From positions 1-59,299 of the forward strand of contig QNDR01000003.1 of NCBI GenBank assembly GCA_003646025.1: a stretch of 59,299 nt of DNA, read 5' to 3'. Within the stretch, counting starts at the first letter, position 1. Each line of letters opens with the position of its first letter. The stretch comes from Candidatus Fermentibacterota bacterium. Its GTDB lineage: Bacteria > Fermentibacterota > Fermentibacteria > Fermentibacterales > JCC-6. Both the position numbers and the translations under genes were made by a program. Positions 26,627 to 37,243 of this stretch are shown here, piece by piece. Under the pieces are notes generated by a model. It was not told where the DNA came from and did not search any database. It was given only the letters and a program-made list of their open reading frames with translations.

Positions 26627-27562
26627 ATGAAATTATTCACTGTTTGCGCTGTTGCGGCAGCACTTTTTCTTGCAGCCTGCAACGATCCGGAAGACGAGGT
26701 AGTCTGGCCCGATGGAGCCAGTTTGTGGCTTGCAGGTGTTTACGCAGATACCGCCCTCTCCTGGTCACCCTACGGCGATGTACTGTTTTTCTCTACCTAT
26801 GTTTCAGGTGCTACAAGACTGTTCGGCACTTCGGGTTTAGCCGAGCCTGAAGGGCGCACATTTACAGGTATGGATGAATTCATGGGCCCTCTGGGTGCCT
26901 GGAATGCGGAGAATGGCAGAATCGTCTACACTGCATTTAATGCAGACAGTATGTGGAGCCAGATACGGTCCATTCCCGGTAACGGTATCAATGTAACCGT
27001 ACACATCCAGGACAGCCTGCTCAACGCGTTCCCCACCTATAACCCGGCTGGCGACAGCATTCTTTACTGCTGCACCTCCACTGGAAACTGGCGTCTTTAT
27101 CAGATTCCCTTTGACCACACCCCCGATGACTCCACCGGTTTTCCGGTTCTCCAGGAAGGCTTTCCCGACGGAGACATCCTGAGACCTTCATACAGTCCTG
27201 AAACCGGAACATGGATTCTTTTTCAGTACAGAGCCTGTTTCACCGATGACTGGGACATCATGATTGCGCATCCTGACGGCAGCGACCAGAGAGTTTTGTC
27301 TCAGAACTCCGCAAACGATATTCAGCCAACCTGGGGTCCTGATGACAACTGGGTAGCATTTTCATCTGACAGAACAGGAAACTACGAGATATACCTGACT
27401 GATGTGAACAGCGGCACGCTCATACAGCTTACAGACGATCCGGCTCTCGACCAGTACCCAGCCTGGAATCCCCGCAAAAACTGGATCGCATTCAGCTCTG
27501 ACAGGGCATCAGGCAACTGGAACCTTGACATATTTGCCATAGATGAACCTGATCTGCCGTAA
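26627..27562 (+). CDS. PD40/WD40-like beta-propeller lipoprotein (TolB-like repeats)
   Basis: Start at ATG 26627 gives MKLFTVCAVAAALFLAAC (lipobox). Repeated P.WSPDG-like units (SWSPYGD, TYNPAGD, SYSPETG, PTWGPDDNWVAFSSDRTGNYEIY, PAWNPRKNWIAFSSDR). Confidence 0.8.
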   Translation: MKLFTVCAVAAALFLAACNDPEDEVVWPDGASLWLAGVYADTALSWSPYGDVLFFSTYVSGATRLFGTSGLAEPEGRTFTGMDEFMGPLGAWNAENGRIVYTAFNADSMWSQIRSIPGNGINVTVHIQDSLLNAFPTYNPAGDSILYCCTSTGNWRLYQIPFDHTPDDSTGFPVLQEGFPDGDILRPSYSPETGTWILFQYRACFTDDWDIMIAHPDGSDQRVLSQNSANDIQPTWGPDDNWVAFSSDRTGNYEIYLTDVNSGTLIQLTDDPALDQYPAWNPRKNWIAFSSDRASGNWNLDIFAIDEPDLP

Positions 27563-27763
27563 ACAGTTTATTCAAAGTTGTTTTGAGGAACAATAATCAG
27601 AGCGGTTTCCGGGAACTCATGAATGTTCTGGAAATAATTTTTTTGAACAACTCCGCTGAAAGTCCTGCGTGCACTATCAATTAAACCTTTTATAAAGGCG
27701 TAAAGAATCCCTGGCAGTGCTGTTCTGTCTGTTCTATGTATCAAAGTGTTAGCTGTGTAAGAA

Positions 27764-27793
27764 AAGAAGGCCGCCGAAAACGGCGGCCTTCTT
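27764..27793 (-). terminator. Rho-independent terminator at the end of the envelope cluster
   Basis: Perfect 13-bp stem AAGAAGGCCGCCG / CGGCGGCCTTCTT with an AAAA loop, 20 nt past the stop at 27813. On the minus strand a U-rich run follows (CUUCUUUUCUU). Confidence 0.65.
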
Positions 27794-27812
27794 CCTCAAC
27801 ACTTGAGTATTT

Positions 27813-28907
27813 CTACTGAAGCATCGTTTCGATAACCTGCATGAGTTCAACAAGGAAGTTGGGATCTGCAACTTCTATGTCGAGACCGTAACCTGCCTGC
27901 TGGCAGATACCCAGTGCAGGTCTGAAGTGCAGATTGGCGTAAGCCATGGCAGCTGCCATACCCTTAAGCTTTACACTTGTAAGACCGGCATAGTGACTGA
28001 ACGAGTATTCACCCTCTTCGGCAAGGCCGAGAAGAGCTGCAACACCCATGTATTCGTCGCCGTTAACGCCTCTGGCATTCTGAAGAATACCGTAGGCCGC
28101 CATTGCATCGGTACCGAATGCGAGCTGCTCCGCGGGAGAACTATAGGTGGCATACTCGAAGGTCATTTCATCCTCGTACATACACCATGTTCTGTGCCAG
28201 ACATCTCCCAGTTTGATCCTTACATATGGTACACTCAGGTAAACTGTGCTTGATGAAGCTCCGTTGACAATTGAATCCACACTTGCATCAGCAAGTGAGA
28301 AACCATTCGCTACAGCAAACAGAGCCTCTACATTCGGATTATCAATCTCGAATGTGTACTGGAACCTGACTGCTCCGTACTGGCTGTAAAGCCATTCACC
28401 TATTTCTACATTGTCCATCGCCGGTTTCAGTGAATCCGGTTCAAAAACAACAAGAGTGTCATCAATTATCAGGGTGTCAGTTGTACCCCAGGAATTGATA
28501 ACAAGGCTGTCATTGGCTGTAAGCGCAGGATCAATACAGACAAACTCGGACCAGCTGAGATCCTGTTCCACTGTTGCTGTGTTGAACTCCACTGGCCATG
28601 TTCCGCCGTCAAGCTGATAGGCCATGTAGTCGTACTGCTCGCCAAGTCCCCAGTAGTCGGGAATCAGCACAGAAGTCCAGCCGGCGCCCAGATAGGCATC
28701 CGGCCTTGAAACATCCATATCAATCGCAGCCTGGAAATTTTCCATGGCGCTGATGTAATCGGCAGCTTCAAAGGCTTCCCAGCCTGCGGCTACAAGCCCG
28801 TCATAACCGTCTACAGGCGGCATAGGTGCCCCGCCATCGTAGCATCCGGCCACCAGAATAAGGGAGGCGGCAATCACTGCGATTATCATTGCGTTGATTT
28901 TTTTCAT
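27813..28907 (-). CDS. Lipoprotein with TPR-like N-terminal motif, function unknown
   Basis: MKKINAMIIAVIAASLILVAGC lipobox. The AEAADYISAMENFQAAIDMDVSRPDAYLGAGW segment is TPR-like. Confidence 0.65.
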   Translation of the reverse strand: MKKINAMIIAVIAASLILVAGCYDGGAPMPPVDGYDGLVAAGWEAFEAADYISAMENFQAAIDMDVSRPDAYLGAGWTSVLIPDYWGLGEQYDYMAYQLDGGTWPVEFNTATVEQDLSWSEFVCIDPALTANDSLVINSWGTTDTLIIDDTLVVFEPDSLKPAMDNVEIGEWLYSQYGAVRFQYTFEIDNPNVEALFAVANGFSLADASVDSIVNGASSSTVYLSVPYVRIKLGDVWHRTWCMYEDEMTFEYATYSSPAEQLAFGTDAMAAYGILQNARGVNGDEYMGVAALLGLAEEGEYSFSHYAGLTSVKLKGMAAAMAYANLHFRPALGICQQAGYGLDIEVADPNFLVELMQVIETMLQ

Positions 28908-28921
28908 TTTCTTTCCCCCCC

Positions 28922-31384
28922 TTACTGTACTTTAAGCATCTTCTGAGTAAGTACCTGCCCGGCGGTTTCCAGTCGGCAGAAGTAAACCCCTGCTCCAACA
29001 GGAATACCTGAGGAATCAGATCCATCCCAGATGATGGTATGGTTTGCCGCAGCCATCTCTTCGTTGGCAACGGTTGTTACTAAACGGCCGGTCATGTCAA
29101 ACACACTTATCCTCACGTTACCACTGACAGGAAGGCCGAAGCTGATTGCTGTCTGTGCAGTAAACGGGTTGGGTGCGTTGCCGTTAAGAACAAGCTGAGC
29201 AGGAATCTCCGGTGCGAACACACCGATACCCTCACCGAGAGCGTAGATTCCACCCTCTTCAACAGTAGCGGAAATCATTCCACCCTGCAGCCAGCTGTCA
29301 AGTTTGACCCAGCCGTTATCTGTGTACCTGTACACGGATGCTGCATTTGTACTGCTGTTGAAAGAAAGTTTTCCAGTTACATCAGGAATAGCAACAGGGC
29401 CGGCAATAATACCGGTCATGCGGCCGCGAACATCCTGAATGGAAGCATTTGATTCCATGGCAAGACCAAGACTTCCGGTCTCTGCAAGGGTAACCATGCT
29501 TCCCTCAGGCGCTCCGCCCTTTGGAACATCAAGGCGCACACTGTTAAGCTCAAGGGTGAGATCTGTGTCGGCAAAGCCAACGGCGACATTCCTGAGAGCT
29601 TGAACATAGTGACCTGTGCTGTCATATCCGCTGAACGAAAGCTCGTATGCTCCAGCGCCCCATGCAGGGAATACGCCGGTGAAGAGCTGATTGTAGAAGC
29701 TGACCATCTTGATGTTCAGAGTTGAATCACCAAGTGTTGCCTCAAAGATCGGACCAATCCAGTCGTATCCCTCAATCTCTTCAGTATTCGCATCCATCAG
29801 TGTGGTATAGGCAGTTATGTACTGACTCATGATACTGTTCTGATGAAGAGCGACCTCGGTCTCAGGAACTCCTTCGTCATTGGAGATGTAGTACCTCATT
29901 GAAACTGCACCACCTGGATTATTGTTTGTAACAATAATGTAGGTGTTAGCTTCGCTGACGGTAAAAGAGGTGTTGTAGAGAGCATCGAAGTCCATTGTTT
30001 CTATGGAAATAAACTCTCCGGCCTCATTATCACACTTGACTACAAGACCTTCCCATCTGGAGTTGATGGCACCGTTGGCGCCGCTTCCGTCTGAGTACTC
30101 ACCGTTGAGATGGGTCACCCAGTCCTGTTCGTAATCCACAAACCTGCAGTACTGGCTGCTCCAGATTGCTCCTGGAACTGCATACTGCAGATCGGCAATC
30201 CATCCCTCGATGGGGAAGCTGTTGAAAGTCTTGGTAAATGCGGCTCCCATACCTGCATGTGCCCAGTCTTCCTGCTCTGTTCCCTCGAGGAAGTCGTACT
30301 TATAGATTCCACCAGCGTAATCGCTGCGGAAATCGTTGTGGAGGTTGCAAACCAGCCAGTCCCAGTACAGCGGAACAACGACATCCTGAACCGCGGTTTC
30401 CACATTGGCTGACGGGTTTATGGCAAGAGCCACTGAAAGCATTCCAGAGTTCACCGTATCCTGCGCGATTGTAGGGATTATACTATCACCCTGACGCTGT
30501 GCGAGATACATGAACCAGAGGAACTGCTGACCTCTTGAAGGCGCGTAATCCACTTTGCCGCTTCCAGAGGTAACACTGGTAAGCTCAATAGAGGGAGCTT
30601 TCCTGAACTCTTTCATAAGTTCATAGATCCCATGCTTACCTGTAGCCGTTTCGGTAAATCCAAAACATCTGTACTGCATAACCTGAGCAAGCCCGCGGAT
30701 AAGCCAGGGTTCCTCGTCTTCCTGAGAAGACTGGAGAGCCAGCGTTGCCAGACCGTTGGCCAGGTTATACACTCTCATCTCCACCGCGCCGGGCATTGCC
30801 GCAGGTGCTGTGGACCATGGATGGATGTTCAGGTAGAAAACTTCCATGGCAGTACCGTCGATCTCATTAAACAATGGATCGACATAGTACATGGTGTTCC
30901 GTGCGGAGTTGGTTCCTCCACCAGCGTCAAACTTTGTCGGTATTGCTGCAAGAATAACAACAACCTTACCGTCACCGTTCAAGTCTTCAGGTACACCACA
31001 GTCTGTGGTGACTGTTCCCCAGACATCGCTTTCGAACGCGGCTGTAAGCTCTGCAAAGTCGGCAGAGGCAACCATGTTGTCTGAAAGATCATCACCCCAT
31101 ACTATCTTGGGGGTGAATGTGGAATCACCTGGTTCCCAGATGCCTCCATTGTTAAGCACATAGCTGGTATCCTGTACCAGCCATATTGCATGTTCGGTAA
31201 TGGCCCGGCAGGTAAACTGATGTTCTACCGCTCCCTGCGTAAACTCCATCAGGTCCGGTACAAGTACCATTACCTGATCGTTCACATCAATTGCTGAAGC
31301 CGTGCCAATACCGAGGAGCGGCATCAGGAGAACAGCGAAGGCAGCCACAAGGCCAGACCTCCCTTTTCTCGATAATGTGTTCAT
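28922..31384 (-). CDS. Large secreted protein with T9SS-type (FlgD-Ig-like) C-terminal sorting domain
   Basis: Signal peptide. The C-terminal ~90 aa (NAPNPFTAQTAISFGLPVSGNVRISVFDMTGRLV...HTIIWDGSDSSGIPVGAGVYFCRLE...) fit the type-A T9SS CTD pattern. I found no HExxH or other catalytic motif. Confidence 0.75.
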   Translation of the reverse strand: MNTLSRKGRSGLVAAFAVLLMPLLGIGTASAIDVNDQVMVLVPDLMEFTQGAVEHQFTCRAITEHAIWLVQDTSYVLNNGGIWEPGDSTFTPKIVWGDDLSDNMVASADFAELTAAFESDVWGTVTTDCGVPEDLNGDGKVVVILAAIPTKFDAGGGTNSARNTMYYVDPLFNEIDGTAMEVFYLNIHPWSTAPAAMPGAVEMRVYNLANGLATLALQSSQEDEEPWLIRGLAQVMQYRCFGFTETATGKHGIYELMKEFRKAPSIELTSVTSGSGKVDYAPSRGQQFLWFMYLAQRQGDSIIPTIAQDTVNSGMLSVALAINPSANVETAVQDVVVPLYWDWLVCNLHNDFRSDYAGGIYKYDFLEGTEQEDWAHAGMGAAFTKTFNSFPIEGWIADLQYAVPGAIWSSQYCRFVDYEQDWVTHLNGEYSDGSGANGAINSRWEGLVVKCDNEAGEFISIETMDFDALYNTSFTVSEANTYIIVTNNNPGGAVSMRYYISNDEGVPETEVALHQNSIMSQYITAYTTLMDANTEEIEGYDWIGPIFEATLGDSTLNIKMVSFYNQLFTGVFPAWGAGAYELSFSGYDSTGHYVQALRNVAVGFADTDLTLELNSVRLDVPKGGAPEGSMVTLAETGSLGLAMESNASIQDVRGRMTGIIAGPVAIPDVTGKLSFNSSTNAASVYRYTDNGWVKLDSWLQGGMISATVEEGGIYALGEGIGVFAPEIPAQLVLNGNAPNPFTAQTAISFGLPVSGNVRISVFDMTGRLVTTVANEEMAAANHTIIWDGSDSSGIPVGAGVYFCRLETAGQVLTQKMLKVQ

Positions 31385-31477
31385 TTGAACCTCCTCGAAC
31401 TAGTTTCTACTTCGTATCTATTTTCTGCTCTGGAAGCAAACTTCCAGTGCGTCCTTAATTTCATCAGACAGCACATC

Positions 31478-32794
31478 TCAAAAACCCTCTTCATCGTCGG
31501 TGCTTCCACCGGCACTTACGTTCATGAGCATGTCCTGCCAGTTCTGATAACTGACTTCACCCTCTACTGTGGAATAAATCTGGAGGTAGTCTCCGTTACC
31601 CATCAGATCGGCAAAAGCAAAGCTTTCCTGCCCTGAAGAGTAGTATGACCAGATCTCGAACGGTGACTGCGTTGTACTGAAAGGATTTGATTCCACTTCG
31701 TCGGGTTCGCCGTAGATAAGGTACACCCTTCCCCTGTCGGTTCTCCAGCCCTCTTTATCGAAGGTTGAATATCTTGAAGCCACAACTCTGCTTCTGTCCA
31801 GAAATCCGTTGCGTTCCTGTGTTCTGTCACCCCAGTAGTTGTCGTAGTAGAGCTCCTGTCCCTCGGTGTTCAGCCGGTTAAACATCTCTGCTTCCTCCTG
31901 GCTGAGTAGAAGGGGCAGCTCATCAAGACACCTCGACAAACCACTCTCCACAGCCTGACCGCTGTCCGCCACAGGGCGGAACAGCTCTACAACCAGAGGC
32001 TTCGTTACCGAACCGAGGGTGTCTCCGTTCTGGGTGTAGGTTACTGAAATGCTGTACAAACCGGGCACTTGAACAACAGAAAGATCGATGCTGTCAGTCA
32101 GGGCGACTGTTTCCATTCCCTCTGGAATGGAAATCGCATCGGCAGGTCTGGCGAAAATAGTCAGACCTTCTGGATTGAGAAGCCTGCTGTGCCTCAGAAT
32201 ATCCGCTCCGCCAAGGGAGTAGAGCTCCTGATAGGTATACAGCATGCTCTCCCCTGGTACTACAAATCTGGTTGACGCCGCGGGAAAGACAATCAAGCTT
32301 CCCTTCAGCAGAGAATTAACTGAGCCCGATACGGCAGGCATGATAGTTCTGGCCAACTCGATCTCACTGAAATGCCCAGGCTGCTCTACGGCAAGTTCCC
32401 TCACCGCGACGCCCTGCATCCCGTTTGCCACATCTGTCATGCTAACAGTAAGAACCCAGTCTCCTTCGAATACAGGAAGCAGTTTGCAGTTCACAGCACT
32501 ACCGGCTTCACTCCAGGAAACTGGAGTGTTCCAGATGTCTACCGCAAGGGTATCACCCTGCGCGGAAATCAGGGATATCTCTGTTGTGTAAAGACACATC
32601 CCGTCTGAATCCTGCGAAAACTGTGCGATATCTGCTTCCTGGTAAACTTCAAGCAGAAGTGTATCTCCAGCACCAATGTCGAAGACAGCAGTGTCAATGG
32701 CAAAATCAATGTTGCCATCGCTCACCGTTGCCAGCCCCATGGCAGCCGCAGAAAATACCAGAAAAAGGAGAGGTACAGTTGTGCTTCTAGTCAT
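31478..32794 (-). CDS. GWxTD-domain protein
   Basis: C-terminal KEGWRTDRGRVYLIYGEPDEV...FEIWSY matches the GWxTD domain. Start at the internal ATG 32794 (MTRSTTVPLLFLVF signal peptide) overlaps the upstream stop by 8 nt. Confidence 0.8.
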   Translation of the reverse strand: MTRSTTVPLLFLVFSAAAMGLATVSDGNIDFAIDTAVFDIGAGDTLLLEVYQEADIAQFSQDSDGMCLYTTEISLISAQGDTLAVDIWNTPVSWSEAGSAVNCKLLPVFEGDWVLTVSMTDVANGMQGVAVRELAVEQPGHFSEIELARTIMPAVSGSVNSLLKGSLIVFPAASTRFVVPGESMLYTYQELYSLGGADILRHSRLLNPEGLTIFARPADAISIPEGMETVALTDSIDLSVVQVPGLYSISVTYTQNGDTLGSVTKPLVVELFRPVADSGQAVESGLSRCLDELPLLLSQEEAEMFNRLNTEGQELYYDNYWGDRTQERNGFLDRSRVVASRYSTFDKEGWRTDRGRVYLIYGEPDEVESNPFSTTQSPFEIWSYYSSGQESFAFADLMGNGDYLQIYSTVEGEVSYQNWQDMLMNVSAGGSTDDEEGF

Positions 32795-33944
32795 TTGACC
32801 AATCCTCTCTTGAATTGAATGCTCTGTCCACTGTGTCCCAGCCTTCAACCATCTCGTACAGACCGTAACCATCGTGGTCTACGAAAGACAGTAAAAGGGA
32901 GGGCGTAAAGTATTCCCACGTTATGTACGGGTAGAGAGTGCCTTCAAAGGGAAAATTCTCGACTATGTCGGGTTCTCCCATCTTTGCAAACACTATCCCC
33001 CTGTCAGTGTTTATACCGCGGATCCCCGTGGTACTGAATTCCCTTGATATCCTGTCAAGCCTGTGAAGATAGGCATCAAGGTATTCGTTGTCTCTTGTTA
33101 CCGGATTGCTGTCCCTTCTTGTCCAGAAATCTGCCATAACAGAGTTTCTGTCTCCAAGTCCTCCTGCACGCTCAAGTTCTCTTATTTCGTGAGCAGAGGC
33201 TATGGGTCTGATGAGAGTTGTAGTCTCATCGACATCATTACCCCATACATCCCAGGCTTCCAGAAGAGAAATTGAGGTTGAGGAGGAAGCAACAACACTG
33301 TCGCCCTGAAGCGCAGCTACGGTAAACCTGTATCTGCCCTTTTCAAGACCGTCAAGTAACACATCGGCGGTATAGGAAGCTACTCCCGCCTCCTGCAGCT
33401 CACCTTCAAGCCACCCCTCTCTCTCTACATCTGTAGAGCGGTCAAGAAGGGCGTAGGCTCCCTGTGGAACTTCACTGCTGTCCGGTACGTAAACACTCCA
33501 TGAGAGAGTTACATAACCCGAGGCCCTGACAAGGCCGTCTGGATCAACCCTGACGCCTCCGCTCGACCAGAGAGAACCGCTGGAAGTGTCGATAAATACT
33601 TCGATCTCCTCGCGGTTAACTGCTCCGGACTCAAGGTCTCGTAAGGTGACCGAAACAACATGTCCACCTGCTGAAAGCGAACTGTACGGTAATACTTCAC
33701 TTATAGGGAAAGAGCTGTCTGTGGTTCTGCCGCTGCGTCGAAGGAATCCTTCTCCGTCGATGGTGGAGGTGATCTCGTAACGGACCACCAGCCCATCTTC
33801 AGTACTTACAGCAAGCAGGTCATCCTGAGCAAGAAGAACAGTAACCTCCGCAGAACCGAAACTTTCAGATCCGGCGGGAAGCGAACTCCAGCTCAGGCTG
33901 AACCCTGTAAGGGCAAGTGTCGTAAGAACCACAGTCAGTATCAT
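32787..33944 (-). CDS. GWxTD-domain protein (variant GINTD motif)
   Basis: FWTRRDSNP...GIRGINTDRGIVFAKMGEPDIV...ITWEYF, a paralogous architecture to the downstream gene. Signal peptide present. Confidence 0.75.
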   Translation of the reverse strand: MILTVVLTTLALTGFSLSWSSLPAGSESFGSAEVTVLLAQDDLLAVSTEDGLVVRYEITSTIDGEGFLRRSGRTTDSSFPISEVLPYSSLSAGGHVVSVTLRDLESGAVNREEIEVFIDTSSGSLWSSGGVRVDPDGLVRASGYVTLSWSVYVPDSSEVPQGAYALLDRSTDVEREGWLEGELQEAGVASYTADVLLDGLEKGRYRFTVAALQGDSVVASSSTSISLLEAWDVWGNDVDETTTLIRPIASAHEIRELERAGGLGDRNSVMADFWTRRDSNPVTRDNEYLDAYLHRLDRISREFSTTGIRGINTDRGIVFAKMGEPDIVENFPFEGTLYPYITWEYFTPSLLLSFVDHDGYGLYEMVEGWDTVDRAFNSREDWSND

Positions 33945-33999
33945 TCAAACCTTTCCGAGAGTGGGAAGGGAAAACCCTTCCTGCATTCCAGCGCTTTCG

Positions 34000-34977
34000 C
34001 TAAAATGCAAAACCAAGACTGGCACGGTGAACCATTTCCAGCCTGTTAAAATCCTGGTACGCATAGTCAAGAGAAAGAGCTTTTTCTCCCAGAGGTACAC
34101 GGAAACCGGCACCTGCGGTAAGACCCTCTTCATCTGTGTTTACACGATAACCTCCACGGAGTGCTATCATGTTGTTGTACCAGTACTCTGCACCAATATT
34201 TACCTGCTCAACATTGTCGGCAGGGTGCACGCCATCCACTTCAACAGTGATCTGGTGAGGTCCCTGATCGACTACATCCATGGCAAGACCGATTCTGAAG
34301 TTCATCGGCATGGCATAGGAAGAGTAGGCAACTGTGGAATCCGATCCGCTGTTCCAGGTCTGTGCCTCACCATCGGGTGTAAGCTCAGGACCGAAATTCT
34401 GGATGGACATTCCGATACGAAGTGTTTTGAAACCTGTGTCGTAGAGTGTACCAAGATCGATGGCAATGCCGCCGGCGGATACATCATCCCAGGTTTCCCT
34501 CACATACTTTGCAGTAAGCCCCGTGCTGAATCTATCGGTAAGCATTCTTGCAAAAGAAAGACCAACAACCATGTCGGAACATGTGAAAGTTTCTGTTCCC
34601 GAAGGATCTTCCACTGTTGTCAGATTCATGTCTCCGCTTGAAAGCAGACCGAACTGCAGGGCCATAGTGCCTATACCGGCTAACTCGTGGGTAATTATAC
34701 CATTACCGTAGAGCATATCCGCATAGAGCTGTGTACCGCTGAACTGAAACTGGGTGCCTGGAACTCTAACAAGAGCCCCGGGATTCCAGTAAGCAGCACT
34801 TGGATCATCAGCAGTTGCAATAAAAGCACCGCCCATTGCCACTCCACGGCATCCAACGCCGATCTTGAGGAACTGGGCACCTGAAGTTCCTGTTTTTGCA
34901 AAGGATGCCTCTGCAATCGCAGGGAACAGCAGGAAGGCAACCAGTGCGGTTGCAAGTATCATGCTTGTTCGCTTCAT
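34000..34977 (-). CDS. porV: PorV/PorQ-family outer-membrane beta-barrel
   Basis: GTSGAQFLKIGVGCRGVAMGGAFIATADDPSAAYWNPGAL matches the N-terminal PorV/PorQ signature as I remember it. C-terminal ...LGFAF aromatic end. Start at ATG 34977 behind GGAGG. Confidence 0.7.
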   Translation of the reverse strand: MKRTSMILATALVAFLLFPAIAEASFAKTGTSGAQFLKIGVGCRGVAMGGAFIATADDPSAAYWNPGALVRVPGTQFQFSGTQLYADMLYGNGIITHELAGIGTMALQFGLLSSGDMNLTTVEDPSGTETFTCSDMVVGLSFARMLTDRFSTGLTAKYVRETWDDVSAGGIAIDLGTLYDTGFKTLRIGMSIQNFGPELTPDGEAQTWNSGSDSTVAYSSYAMPMNFRIGLAMDVVDQGPHQITVEVDGVHPADNVEQVNIGAEYWYNNMIALRGGYRVNTDEEGLTAGAGFRVPLGEKALSLDYAYQDFNRLEMVHRASLGFAF

Positions 34978-34990
34978 GGTTTCCTCCCTT

Positions 34991-37243
34991 CTACTTGATG
35001 ATTGCGAACTTATCAATCACAAAGTCGTCTGCGGTCTCTACTCTGTAAACATAGAGGCCAGTTACAATGTCCTGATCATTTCTGGATACAAGATCCCAGT
35101 ACTCAGTACCTACTTCACCGGTGTAATCGCGGTGTTCAAGAGTAATCACATGATCTCCCGCAAGTGTGAATATCTCTATGTCACACATGGCTGGAAGGTT
35201 GATGAACGCTATCTTGTTGAAATAGGTCTGTTCCCATGCTGCACTTATCTTGTAGGGATTGGGAACTACTCTTACGTTCTCGGTCCAGTTGGAATCTGTA
35301 TCCCAGTTCGGTGTAACCGCAACAGGAGCACCGTCGAGTGTCTGCTTGTAGTTGCTCTTTGTACTCTCTACACCGGTAACAGCATCGGAAGCCGTAACAA
35401 CGTAGTAGTAGGGGAAACCGTTACGGGCTGCGTTGTCGGTGTATTCGTGAACACCGGGCTCTGTTATGGTGGCTATCAATTCAAATTTTGATGTGTCAAA
35501 TATTGAACGATAAACCTTGTACTCTCCAAACGGCGAGTAGGCCTCCGCATTTGCACCCCATTCGAGGTGAACCGCATTGTCCTGTCCCTCGTAGAAGAGG
35601 ATAGGAGTAGGAGGAAGTGCAGGCACTCCCCATCCGCCATCAAGGTAGTACGCACTGAGAAGCTCATCTGCAGCTTCTCTGGCACCGGCAAGACCTCTGT
35701 TAACAACCCATCCACCGATAACAAAGAGACTGTCACCATCATCAACAGTAACAGGACCCATAGAAGGCAGGAACCTGTAATCGAAGGTGGGGTATCCCAG
35801 TGCAAGCGGGTTGTTGTAAACAAACGGCCATGGCCCGGGGTTGGGAGTTGTTCTGGCCTCAGGGGTGTTCGAATTTCCGACCCAGTCTTCAAGATAAGCC
35901 GGTCCACTGTACTGGCCGCTCTCGTCTGGGAACAATCCCCACATGTAATCGTATCTCTCGACGTCTGTTCCGGGATCACTCTCCCAGTTCCACCAGCCAT
36001 GGGCAAGGGGAATGGGAACACCGTAAACATCGATAGGACGCTCTATAGACCCGTCAGCTTTCTTAACCCAGAGATCAAGAAGACGCCAGGCGATAAAGCC
36101 GTTGCAGGGAACATCAAGATCCTGCTCACCGGAATCATCGATAGAACTACCTGCTCCGTCACCGTCCCACATATAGCTCATGCTTCTGGGAACGACAGCG
36201 AAGGTGGTGTCGCCTACCACATGAAGCCAGAAAGTTTCCGGCCGCTCACCGGGCAGGAACATTTCCATGCCTGTTCCGCTGTTGAGCGGGTAGAGTGTAT
36301 CACCGCTTATCTCATCGACTTTGAAGAGAATGGTGAAACCATCGGCAACGCCGTCACCATTTACATCATTATCGAGAACGCCGTCTGATCCGATGTAGTT
36401 GTAGTAGTAGAAGATGTTGTCAGGGTCATCGGAAGCCAGAGGGCTATCGGGGTTCTGCTGGTATGTGTAAATATCCTGCTCGCTGGCAAGAGTACCATCC
36501 TGGAAGATGTACTCGAAGTCGGGAGCAATTTCTGTGTCACCACTGTTGAGCCATATTGCATGACCGTCGTAGAAAACCACGTCTTCGATAGCTGCTTCAA
36601 CTGGATCAGCCGATGCAATATCGCAGTCACCTCGAACTGCAACAACCATACCATCAAGCGGAGCACCGCTGCCATACTCGCTGTGGTGCGTTACCACAAA
36701 CTTGTTGGCGATAAAGTTGTTGTAGCCGGGGGTTCCCCAGCCGTAGTTCTCTTCCCATACGCCCATGCCATACGGGTCTGCGTTTCTGGCAGAATACCAG
36801 TCATCGTATCCGTACTGGGTCTGCTCAAGAGAAACAGGTCCTGGAACAAGTTTTTCCATGGGAAAGCCTTCGCTGGCCCAAAGTTCCCAGGCTCCGTAAT
36901 CGGAGCAGCTTGCCCACTTGCCTGCACTGTCCGGCCAGCTGCTGGTAATTTCTCCAGCGCATGCAGTCCAGAAGTTACCCGCCCACAGGTAACTGTTGCC
37001 GGAACCGCCCGGCCATTCCATTGATGGATAATTCCCATCAGGGTCTCCGAACCTGCCGAGATTCAAGAATGCACTCCAGAGATTGCTAAGATTGTGCAGT
37101 CCCCAGACCAATGGGGGTCTGGCATCTGTGCTCTCTGGCAGGGAAACCTCTCTAAGCTCTCTTGCGAGGCCCGTGCCAACAAACACGAAGAGTGCAAGCA
37201 CGGCGAGCGCAAGGAATCCGCGACTTCGTCTGGTATTCCTCAT
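34991..37243 (-). CDS. Large secreted protein with FN3-like domain and T9SS-like C-terminal domain
   Basis: Start at ATG 37243 behind GGAGGTGG gives a signal peptide (MRNTRRSRGFLALAVLALFVFVG). FN3-like HLEWGANAE...YKVYRS...YYYVVTASD. C-terminal VVPNPYK...IEIFTLAGDHVITLEH...EYWDLVSRNDQDIVTGLYVYRVE. Confidence 0.7.
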   Translation of the reverse strand: MRNTRRSRGFLALAVLALFVFVGTGLARELREVSLPESTDARPPLVWGLHNLSNLWSAFLNLGRFGDPDGNYPSMEWPGGSGNSYLWAGNFWTACAGEITSSWPDSAGKWASCSDYGAWELWASEGFPMEKLVPGPVSLEQTQYGYDDWYSARNADPYGMGVWEENYGWGTPGYNNFIANKFVVTHHSEYGSGAPLDGMVVAVRGDCDIASADPVEAAIEDVVFYDGHAIWLNSGDTEIAPDFEYIFQDGTLASEQDIYTYQQNPDSPLASDDPDNIFYYYNYIGSDGVLDNDVNGDGVADGFTILFKVDEISGDTLYPLNSGTGMEMFLPGERPETFWLHVVGDTTFAVVPRSMSYMWDGDGAGSSIDDSGEQDLDVPCNGFIAWRLLDLWVKKADGSIERPIDVYGVPIPLAHGWWNWESDPGTDVERYDYMWGLFPDESGQYSGPAYLEDWVGNSNTPEARTTPNPGPWPFVYNNPLALGYPTFDYRFLPSMGPVTVDDGDSLFVIGGWVVNRGLAGAREAADELLSAYYLDGGWGVPALPPTPILFYEGQDNAVHLEWGANAEAYSPFGEYKVYRSIFDTSKFELIATITEPGVHEYTDNAARNGFPYYYVVTASDAVTGVESTKSNYKQTLDGAPVAVTPNWDTDSNWTENVRVVPNPYKISAAWEQTYFNKIAFINLPAMCDIEIFTLAGDHVITLEHRDYTGEVGTEYWDLVSRNDQDIVTGLYVYRVETADDFVIDKFAIIK

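Noticed and set aside
28908-28921. C7 run (G7 on the coding strand) in the 14-nt spacer before the lipoprotein gene
   Set aside because: It reads as GGGGGGGAAAGAAAA before the ATG, a purine-rich ribosome-binding region. It is too short and too well explained to call a phase-variation tract.
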